From positions 358,980,001 to 359,044,000 of the forward strand of contig OZ024743.1 in NCBI GenBank assembly GCA_964016885.1: DNA of 64,000 nucleotides, given 5' to 3'. Under the pieces are notes generated by a model. The model had not been told where the DNA came from, searched no databases, and worked only from the letters and a program-made list of their open reading frames with translations. Shown here piece after piece: positions 53,873 through 64,000 of the stretch. Numbering within the stretch: position 1 is the first letter of the stretch; the number at the start of each line of letters is the position of its first letter. The stretch comes from Eledone cirrhosa (Eukaryota). The position numbers were made by a program, and so were the translations under genes.

Positions 53873-54657
53873 TTATATCTGTGTTGCTCAGATGTGCATG
53901 TTGTGGTGTTCTGGTCGTGCATAGCATTCACTGTGTTTTGCCATTACCTTGGAATGTGATGTTATGGTCATCAATAGTCCGGCAAGCGCATTTCTCTCTT
54001 ATATTGCGGAAAATGGTGTTCTGGTCCTCAGTAAACAGTTGGGTCAGCAGGAGTGGTGGTGGTTCTCAGTTTCAACTTCGACAATACATATGTGTTACTC
54101 TGCATATCGTGCTCCTCTCAAAGAAGAGTATTATAGGAGGAATTCGTGCGACACACCACATATAGAGAGGATTTCTACAGAAAAGTATACATACATATAC
54201 ACATATATACACACATCATACACTCACACACACACATACACACACACATACGCATACATACATATATTCACATACATGTCACATATACACATACACACAA
54301 TATAATACGCATGCATACAATATACATATATATATATACAATATACATGCATACAATGCACGCACACATAAATGCATGCATGCACACACGCACGCACACA
54401 CACATACATATGTCTGTGTGTGTGTGTGTGTGTGAGAGAGAAAAAAGGAGAATACACACACACACACACACACATACACACACACGCAAAAACACCAACC
54501 TTGTAGGGGACTGTACCACCCTTAGGGTACCTATCTATCTGGGTTACGGGTTGGGGGGGGGGGGGGGGGGGGGGCTATAGTCTAGGTGGGGGTTGCGTGA
54601 TATATGTTACGTCTATGTGCTAGGTTTAAAATAGAAGAAGGAACTCAGGATTTTGTG

Positions 54658-56354
54658 TTAGCAAGAGGAGAAAATTTCCGATTTCCTGTTAAGCAGGTTC
54701 AGTTTAGAGTGTATTATGGCATGGCATTCCAGTAAACACAGGTCACAACTTCCGCTCTGCGGTCGGTATGGCGTGGATCTAGTAAGCTTCCTCCAAAAAA
54801 GTTTGTATGGGGTACTATTATTTTTTAAAAAGGAGATGTATACCGCCAGTGAGGTGGCATTCTTATGTCTATCGTGTCTAAATGTGTACATATGCGCGTT
54901 AAATCTAATTTTAAATGTATTGGACGTTGCTCCTATATATGTTTTGGTAGAGTTGTGTGTGGTTACGTCACATGCATATACGATGTTTTTCATGAGGCAA
55001 TCCCCCCTTAGGGGACAATTACTACTCCGCCTACAATTGCAACTGCGGGTTCGATTAGTTAGCGTACCTCCCGAACTTTGGTTACTAGCATTATCACTAG
55101 GTGCCTCTATATCATTAGATGGCTCATTGATGCTATTATGTTGCCCATTTTCCAGTGTAGTCGGTTGCTGGTGGTTAACTGCCATTTTAATTGCTTCGAA
55201 ACCTTCTCTAATTTTCCTAATGTTCGTGCGTGCTAGGTGTGATGCGAGGTTAGATGTGGTCGAATAGGATAATTTAATTACGTTTTTGTTAATTATGTTG
55301 CGATATCTATTGCCTGGTGGGAAGTTTTTTTCCAATAATGAGAAGAATACTCTGGGGAGGTTAGTGAGGACCTCAGAGTTAAAAGGTGGGTTAAAATACA
55401 TGTTTTTCCTTCTTCTATTTTTCATATCTCTGGGGTGAGTCTCGCTACTGTGTGTACTATATTGTAGGGTTCCTTTATTAACGTTAGTGGCGTTGTCTGT
55501 TTTGCTTAAGCCCGGATGGTTTATATTCATGGCGTGATCATTTACTGTTTTAGAGTTGTGGTGAGGGACTCTAGTATTGTCTTTACGTGGTTTATATTTA
55601 GCTGGGTTACCGCCATTAGGGTTCTTACTATTATTCTTGCCTCTAAGTTGGTTAGGCTTTGTGGCCATACTATGTGTGATTATGTTGGTAGGTTTCACAC
55701 TCATGGTTTGGGAGTCCTTATGTATATATGATAATCTACTCCCGTAACCAGATTCTGCTAGGGCCTTGTCATAATACTCTGCATTGGAGTTGAAGATACT
55801 CTCATTACAGGACAGTCTGCTAATTCTATTAGAGACCCCCTTGGGAATAGCGTTTAGGACTGATTTGGGGTGGTTAGAGCTAGCGTTTACATATGTTAGT
55901 CTATCGTTAGGTTTATGGTAGGGTGCAAATGTTTTACTTTCTAGGTCAAGGGTGGCATCTAGGAAGTTTACTGTTTTATCATTTGCATCTATGGTAATAC
56001 TTAGATTAAAGTTTTTAAAGAACCTACGTAACTGTTTCCTAGTTATTTCTATATTGCACTTTTTATACTCGAGAGTGAGGAGGGCGTCATCACGGTGTAA
56101 TCCGCCCTTCAAGTGCGGTAATGTCTCATGTAACTCCTTTAAGAGGTACAATCCTACCAGGTCCGTTACTTGTGCAGAGTCACTAGATACCATTGTGATG
56201 TCGAAGTTATTGGGCGTATTCTTGCGGGTCCACAATTCATCCTCAAACGTGATTATCGTTTTCCGGGCCGCAAGAATGACATCAATTTGAGACCCAGTGA
56301 GGTCACTTTTCTGCATGGCCATGATTAGGGCCTTATTAAGGAGTATGGGGGAGA
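54658..56354 (-). pseudogene. PLE RT (partial) + GIY-YIG ORF of a second PLE clade (Hydra-type signature, tentative)
   Basis: FDITMVSSDSAQVTDLVGLYLL, GLHRDD, VNFLDATLDL, YVNASSNHP, FNPPFN, CNCRRSSNCPLRGDC..NIVY..YIGAT and CDLCLLE..LLNRKSE. The stop in C*H looks premature (compare CKH at 33668). Confidence 0.88.
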
Positions 56355-56389
56355 TTGGTTGGTAGAGTCCATAACACCAATCAAACCCC

Positions 56390-56449
56390 TTTTATAGCTC
56401 TGACGAATCCTACGGTTACGTAAGGAAGAAACATTGTAAGCCAATAAAA
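56390..56449 (+). ncRNA. Type I hammerhead ribozyme (inverted copy at the PLE 5' junction)
   Basis: Reverse complement of 52278-52337. Confidence 0.8.
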
Positions 56450-56483
56450 ATCTTTTGATGTTGTAGACGCTCTTGTGTTCTTT

Positions 56484-56546
<63 letters not shown>

Positions 56547-56550
<4 letters not shown>

Positions 56551-56878
56551 AATGATGCTGACTTGTTCTTCTTTTTTGTAAATATCATCTTGGTTAAGAG
56601 AGTGGGACTGGCTTTGTGCAGTGCCTTTGCTCAATATAAAAGCTTCACGGCACAGGCATTGCTTTATATCTGGAGATCTCTCTGCACTTGTCGTCACATA
56701 GTACCATGGGCCCAGCTCTATGTGTCAATAATTGTCACAAGTGTAGTGTTTGTACCAGACTGACTTTTCAAGTCACTGGCTGGACTAAAAAGTCACACTT
56801 GTTCAGCGCATCGGTAGGGGTTCTCCTACATGGATATAAAGTAGTGGCCGTACTCGAAAACGAGTTGGCAGCCACCAT
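56547..56878 (-). repeat. About 330-bp dispersed repeat (copy 2)
   Basis: Inverse of 20075-20402. Confidence 0.8.
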
Positions 56879-57101
56879 ATATATACGTATGTATACGTAC
56901 ATACATATATATATATACGGACGTACAGTAGTATGTATATATATCTATATATATATATATATATAGATATATATATGTGAATATAGACATAGAATATTCG
57001 AAAATATTCTGTATGTTTATAATAAACATTTTGAAGACCTAATCGCTATAGAATAGAATACGTCACGTATTACAATTAGATTCTCGATAAAAGCAAGGGA
57101 A

Positions 57102-57144
57102 GTAATCTACGCGTTTCATTCTCGTTAGAAATCATCAGGACTAC
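57102..57144 (-). ncRNA. Type I HHR, array copy 1
   Basis: Reverse complement of 57697-57739. Confidence 0.85.
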
Positions 57145-57411
57145 ATATCCAGTGCTTTTATCGAGAATGACACAGCTAGAGACTTATAGAATACTTAGCT
57201 GTGTACAGGAACTGGTTTGAAAGAGCGGTTGCCGGTCCGGCAGAAATTAGAAATTGGAATAAATGCTCTGAAATAGCGATATATATGTGAATATAGACAT
57301 AGAATATTCGAAAATATTCTGTATGTTTATAATAAACATTTTGAAGACCTAATCGCTATAGAATAGAATACGTCACGTATTACAATTAGATTCTCGATAA
57401 AAGCAAGGGAA

Positions 57412-57454
57412 GTAATCTACGCGTTTCATTCTCGTTAGAAATCATCAGGACTAC
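57412..57454 (-). ncRNA. Type I HHR, array copy 2
   Basis: Reverse complement of 57697-57739, 310 bp after copy 1. Confidence 0.85.
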
Positions 57455-57696
57455 ATATCCAGTGCTTTTATCGAGAATGACACAGCTAGAGACTTATAGA
57501 ATACTTAGCTGTGTACAGGAACTGGTTTGAAAGAGCGGTTGCCGGTCCGGCAGAAATTAGAAATTGGAATAAATGCTCTGAAATAGCGATATATATGTGG
57601 CCGGACCGGCAACCGCTCTTTCAAACCAGTTCCTGTACACAGCTAAGTATTCTATAAGTCTCTAGCTGTGTCATTCTCGATAAAAGCACTGGATAT

Positions 57697-57739
57697 GTAG
57701 TCCTGATGATTTCTAACGAGAATGAAACGCGTAGATTAC
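57697..57739 (+). ncRNA. Type I HHR, array copy 3
   Basis: GUAGUC-CUGAUGA-U-UUCU(AACG)AGAA-U-GAAACGCGUA-GAUUAC. Stem I is extended by the 16-bp pairing AUUCUCGAUAAAAGCA/UGCUUUUAUCGAGAAU. Confidence 0.85.
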
Positions 57740-58006
57740 TTCCCTTGCTTTTATCGAGAATCTAATTGTAATACGTGACGTATTCTATTCTATAGCGATT
57801 AGGTCTTCAAAATGTTTATTATAAACATACAGAATATTTTCGAATATTCTATGTCTATATTCACATATATATCGCTATTTCAGAGCATTTATTCCAATTT
57901 CTAATTTCTGCCGGACCGGCAACCGCTCTTTCAAACCAGTTCCTGTACACAGCTAAGTATTCTATAAGTCTCTAGCTGTGTCATTCTCGATAAAAGCACT
58001 GGATAT

Positions 58007-58049
58007 GTAGTCCTGATGATTTCTAACGAGAATGAAACGCGTAGATTAC
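58007..58049 (+). ncRNA. Type I HHR, array copy 4
   Basis: Same sequence as 57697-57739, +310. Confidence 0.85.
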
Positions 58050-58316
58050 TTCCCTTGCTTTTATCGAGAATCTAATTGTAATACGTGACGTATTCTATTC
58101 TATAGCGATTAGGTCTTCAAAATGTTTATTATAAACATACAGAATATTTTCGAATATTCTATGTCTATATTCACATATATATCGCTATTTCAGAGCATTT
58201 ATTCCAATTTCTAATTTCTGCCGGACCGGCAACCGCTCTTTCAAACCAGTTCCTGTACACAGCTAAGTATTCTATAAGTCTCTAGCTGTGTCATTCTCGA
58301 TAAAAGCACTGGATAT

Positions 58317-58359
58317 GTAGTCCTGATGATTTCTAACGAGAATGAAACGCGTAGATTAC
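58317..58359 (+). ncRNA. Type I HHR, array copy 5
   Basis: Same sequence as 57697-57739, +620. Confidence 0.85.
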
Positions 58360-58548
58360 TTCCCTTGCTTTTATCGAGAATCTAATTGTAATACGTGACG
58401 TATTCTATTCTATAGCGATTAGGTCTTCAAAATGTTTATTATAAACATACAGAATATTTTCGAATATTCTATGTCTATATTCACATATATATCGCTATTT
58501 CAGAGCATTTATTCCAAGATATATATATATTGTGGTTAATAAAGAAAA

Positions 58549-58630
<82 letters not shown>

Positions 58631-59837
58631 TGTCTTCTGCGGTGTTTGAAACTATTTAACTTTTACTGCTCCATTCTATGGATAGCCTGCAGCCCTTTTC
58701 TGTGGATGACATTTTGTAAATTAATCGCACATTTTGCCCCGAAGATACCAACCGGTTCTCTAAGATCCCGGCCTATGTAGCCACAAACCAATATAACATT
58801 TCATCAAAAAACGTTTTAAAATAAGGTGAATGCACAACAAACTTACGGATGGATCTGTAAACACGTTTTGTCGAGACACGAAACAATAAAATAACAATAA
58901 AACCCACAATAAAATTAATAAAAATAACAATGGCCTTATGTGATATCTTAAAGAATATACGAGATTTCTAAAATGGAAATACTGGAATGATAACCGTATT
59001 GGTGAGGTAAAATATAACAACAAAAAGTGTATTATGAGCAACGACATCATAAATAACAGTATCAACAACAATATCATCAAGTAGAATAAGCTTCAACATG
59101 AACAATGAGAACATCATCAAATTTCGGATGAAGGAAAACGAAAGCTGCTTCAACAGCAACAACAACAAGAAAACACTTCCATCAGTACGAAAAACAGGAA
59201 CAGCATGAAATATTGCATAAGCAAAACAACAAACAACAAACAAAACAACAACCAAGAAACAAACAAACAAAAAAAAAAATACGTTAATCAGGGATGGATT
59301 TGAACTCAGAGTAAAAAGTCGGAACAAATATCGCCAAGCATTTTTCGACGCTTTAAAGAGTCTGCCAAACACTCGAGGAAAAAAGTAAGAAAGCAAAAAA
59401 TAAAAAAAACAATAGAAGAAGAAGAAGAAGAAGAAGAAGAAGAAGAAGAAGAAGAAGAAGAAGAAGAAGAAGAAGAAATATATTCTGTGTCTTTTTAGTG
59501 AGAAAAGATTGCACGAGTGTTTGTTTTGTTGCAAGCTTCTACAAGTTATCTCGAAATATAGGATTTATTTGTTGCGAAACGAAACTAATGATGCCGTCTC
59601 CGTTATATTTGAAATGAGCGTAAGTTGACTAATTATCTTAATGGCAGCTTATCGAGAGTCGTGCAGATGTATAGTTTCGAACTTAATTGCTGATTAATCG
59701 CGATCAGGGATTTCATTAATGGATATGATTCCTAAACAATGGGTTTGGAGAGTTTGGATGGATATAGAAGATGGAAAGTGGTGATGGTGGTGGGGAGAAC
59801 AAAGATACGTGAAAGGATAATGTGGTCGTGGAAGGTC

Positions 59838-59839
<2 letters not shown>

Positions 59840-59905
<66 letters not shown>

Positions 59906-59930
59906 GGTAAGAGAACAATGTATATGTCAT

Positions 59931-59986
<56 letters not shown>

Positions 59987-60056
59987 GAGAAAGAGAGAGA
60001 GAGAGAGATAGGGATGTATATATATATATATATATAAGTCTCTCTCTCTATATATA

Positions 60057-60120
<64 letters not shown>
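59840..60120. repeat. Compound (GA)/(TC)/(TA)/(CA) microsatellite
   Basis: Seen directly. Confidence 0.9.
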
Positions 60121-60122
<2 letters not shown>

Positions 60123-60659
60123 GAAAGAGAGTGGGAGGAGGAGTGTGAAAAAGAGGCTGCCGCTGTGAAACTCTTACTTTAATAGAATATTAATAAAATA
60201 GGATTGGTTAATTTGCTAATTGCTGATGGTAGTGCTATTAAAAAATGATTTAAGCAAATTACTTCATTACTGTGATGTCTCCGTTAAAGCAGGAATCTAT
60301 TAAGGAAATGTTTCAATACAAAAGAAACAAATGCATTACGACAAAATTCATTAATAGAAAATCTAATTCACTGGAAACCACTCCCTGTTATTTGTAGATA
60401 TCAAATTTGGGAATTTGGTAACGACTGTGTTTAAACCGCTGGGTAATGAGTAATCAGGTTCGAATGTCAAATCCTCCATTAACATATTTCTTATGAAAAC
60501 ACTGCCTACGACTTTCAATTGATTTTGAAAAGTTTGACGGGATTTAGTAAAATAGCTGAATTTGTTTATTTTAAAGCTGATGTTTGAAGTATAAGTTAAC
60601 AAAAGTTTTTACATAATGAAATGATGGAAGGTTTAAATATAAATATGAATACTTTAAAA

Positions 60660-61005
60660 TAGGGGTGTGCAACATATTTCATTGGCGAGCCACTTTTGAA
60701 CATTGGAACAACTATTAGGGCCAGTCACCGTCAAAAATATGTAATCTAATGAAAACCAGTGAATTGGGTAATAAATACATTGTGAATACATTTTTAAACA
60801 ATAAAGACAAATAAAATATAATTTAATTTTATTAATGTGAGACTTGGTATTTGGTATATGTCAACTAACAGAAAATTGTATTACGATTACGAAAAAAATT
60901 CTAAATAAGCCCACAAGGTAAAAATTAAAAACGGTCATCGCTAGCCACTCTGATTGGTCTGGCGGGCCGGATTGTGGCCCGCGGACCGCCTGTTGCACGC
61001 CCCTG
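60660..61005. mobile_element. hAT (Charlie-like) MITE
   Basis: TIRs TAGGGGTGTGCAACA / TGTTGCACGCCCCTG, near-perfect 8-bp TSD ctttaaaa / ctttaaat, and subterminal ggcccgc motifs. Confidence 0.75.
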
Positions 61006-63315
61006 CTTTAAATGAAGTAGTTTTATATCGTAAAAGCAGGAGGGGTTTGGTATCAAAAGAGTAAATACATAATTGTTGTAGGTATTACTGTTGTTACCGC
61101 TGTAATTGCCGTTGACGTCGTCGTCGTTGTTTAACTCCCCGATCACATCCGTTTGTCCATCCATCCATTTATGGACCATGATGCAGTCGTAACATACAGC
61201 TGGTCCTCGACGTTGAACCCTTTAACATTTAAACCGGCCATATCCAGCCAGAATTTTCTCACCTCATTCTGTTCAAACTGGCTGTAACTGGCCACTCATA
61301 CCGACATTAAGGTATTGTTCTCAAAATAAATAATATCAAAACCTCAGATTCGATATATCAAGAGAACCCTCCGGAACCTCGAGTATCTGATGAAGGTTTG
61401 TGTTGGCACCATTGGAGAGTTTCTGGAAGTGTTCGGTAAGCCCAATTGCCATGACAACCTAGGAATCTAACGAATCGGACCCTTGCTGCTCCTCTGATAG
61501 CACGCACCAATGATCAAACCTTAACCACTCCGTTTTATTTCTTGAAGCATGGTGGTCCTCGGACAACATTATATAACGAGTCTGTTAAAAACGTATGGTT
61601 CGAGGGAGATCTATCTATGATTTCTATCTGATCAAGCAACCACATATAGGCTCCCTTTGTGGTTCAATACTGTTCTTATTGATGGTTGGCGTCATTTAGG
61701 TCCATTGATCAAACAACGTAGAGCATTATTGCAAGTTTTAGTTTGTCTAGTTACATACTGATTATTGTCCGGATAGACCTACAGAGTAGGAAGTGTCCAA
61801 GATAACAGAGTCTCTGAACTCGATTTCGAAACATGGCTGCTGCGTTTTCATTTTACTCAATTTACACTGTTAACGTTATTGTAAGAGATACATTCCTTTC
61901 TTAGTGGTGGTAGAGATGATCAAAAATAACAGCTAACCCTTTATTGATCGATTTTACAACAGACAGTTGGAGAGGATTAATAAAGTGTATTTATTTTCTT
62001 AGATGGTAGTGGTAATAGTGGTAGTAGTATGTGAAGGAGGAAGAGAAAGAGATGGAGGGAAATCGCCATGCTCTTTCAGACTGATGTGACTGATGTTTCG
62101 GTCGATGACCAACTCGAACATGGTCAGTAAAACAAGGTAAGAGGGGAAGGAGGGAGAATGAGATGAAATGTTGGACACAGAATTCTTGCATCAGAGTGAA
62201 ACTTCACCAATGCCTCCAAAGAAACGGTTGTTGGTGGTTCTGTTATTAGGATTAACCTCATCCGATATGTAATAGAATGGTTTCGCATTTAGGTACAAGG
62301 CCAGAAATTTAAGAAGACAAGAAAGTCGACTAAATACCGCAAAGTATTTTTTATCAATGCGTTAACGATTCTGCCAATCAACCGCCATAAACATGCAATA
62401 TTATGTAACACCATTTAATATGATATCGTCTTAAAATATGAAATGAAACGAAAAAAGTTATAATATCACTATCACAGGTTTATATACACACTCATACATA
62501 CACGTACGCACACATTGCATATGTTTTCTGTAAATTAAACAAAAAATATCCCTCAAGCACTAATCAACGCTTGATTATAATCATATGATGAATTACTGGA
62601 GTTATTAGGGTAATTTATACCATAATGCCGATATAAGGAAATAGGTCGCTGGCGTCATTAAAGTGTCAAATATTCATATTTTTGCATGTAATATATTATA
62701 CAATAATCTTGCGAAATCTCTGAACTCCATGACTAATCTTGTTCCAGTTGCCTATCAGCATTTGATTGGTTATGGTTGTTGTTTAGCCCTAGGTAGCCCC
62801 GGTCTTGTAGTTAGTTGCATTTGCTCCCCATGGAACATTGAGAAATTTTCGTTGTTTCTATTGCAAGTTTGACTAATGAAGGCAAAGTTGCTAACCTCGC
62901 GCGTCATTCATTCCTACACCCTTCTCAATTCCTACCAATCCAGCATGTCGATGTCGAGGAGAGGAATTCCATAGTCATGGATAGGGGGCCTTTTCAGGCC
63001 CTGTTAGTAGAAGCTGCACGCCTTGGACTCGTGTAAAAGGCTTGGAAATATTTAGGACTACAATATTTAGGATTATAATATTAAATGTCTCTTTCCTTTT
63101 TTATGAAAGTAAGACACGAAATGAAATGGATTAAACTGAGAAATAATCCCCGATGACACACACACATACACACACATATGTACATATCGCAGTTAATGAC
63201 TATAAACAGAAGTTGAAAGAATCGGGTTATATATATATGGTGTGTAGAAAAATGGCAGTAACTTCGAAGTTTCAGCTTGATCGCTTTATCTGCCACTTTT
63301 CTACACAGAAAATAA

Positions 63316-63449
<134 letters not shown>

Positions 63450-64000
63450 CAGGCACACATTTATACATATATACATACATAAGGATGCATATACACACAC
63501 TCATACATGCAAACATTTTTGTATATATCATTGTTCATTTCCTTTGCTAGCAAAATATCTTGTAATTTACTGGGACATCATTAAAAGATTGTAGTTCCTT
63601 CCACATTGCTTCTTCTGAGCGTTTCGTTTAATTATACACTGCCTCTACTGCAAACAGCAGTAAATTACAAGCAAATATCACCTATTTACAGCTAGGATAA
63701 TCAGGCCAGTGATCGTTAAATGCGTCTGATATTCTTTATCGCATGATAATTAACCTTGAATTCATTTTCAGCTAGTTGCAAATGGCAATTATTTCAGCAT
63801 TCAAACTAATTGAGTTAACATATCTAACTAGTCAAGTCGTTCTTTTCATTTCAACTTATAAAATGTAATTCTATAATACCTTGGTTAATGACACTTGATT
63901 TATGAAGCAAAGTTAATTTAATGAAACATGTAATTTTATATTTACAACAACGAAAACATCGTACAACCCCACACACAAAAAAAAAAAAAAAAAATCAAAA

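Larger units (their letters stand above)
52235..56490 (-). mobile_element. 5'-truncated PLE with about 135-bp inverted termini (52235-52372 / 56355-56490)
   Basis: The termini are reverse complements and contain an HHR. RT-EN ORF inside; TA flanks. Confidence 0.9.
56968..58517. repeat. 310-bp unit tandem array: about 2 copies (-) then about 3 copies (+), each with an HHR (retrozyme-like)
   Basis: atatatgtg recurs at 56971, 57281 and 57591; ccggaccggc recurs at 57601, 57911 and 58221. Inversion junction at about 57599. Confidence 0.95.

Noticed and set aside
56968-58517. CRISPR-like or ordinary satellite interpretation of the 310-bp array
   Set aside because: There are no unique spacers, the context is eukaryotic, and each unit carries an HHR.
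51770-61400. Other CTGATGA occurrences (e.g. about 51770 and 61387; also 22471 and 26034)
   Set aside because: No stem II/GAAA/NUH arrangement follows.

Overview
AT-rich, repeat-dominated animal DNA. The SINE types, huge (TA)n/(CA)n arrays and Penelope load suggest a cephalopod such as octopus (inference). The only host coding sequence I can support is one large terminal exon of a GT92/DUF23 glycosyltransferase (27193-28150, +). The rest is mobile DNA: several Penelope-like elements (PLEs; RT + GIY-YIG), a cluster of Tx1/L1-clade LINE copies, CRE-, RTE- and CR1/L2-type fragments, tRNA-derived SINEs, a non-autonomous Helitron, and hAT and Tc1/mariner-type MITEs. The most striking hidden layer is RNA structure. 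At least seven sequence-distinct type I hammerhead ribozyme (HHR) families can be folded by eye, mostly at PLE termini embedded in (TA)n and usually duplicated in inverted orientation. They include a 310-bp HHR-bearing unit in a 2+3 inverted tandem array (retrozyme-like) and a U3-A8 core covariant. One PLE also shows an in-phase U_UUU_UUA slippery site joining an upstream ORF to the RT-EN ORF. All folds and alignments were done by eye; no search or folding program was run. Almost all Y/I/H/T/C/V-rich ORFs in the track are microsatellite artefacts.
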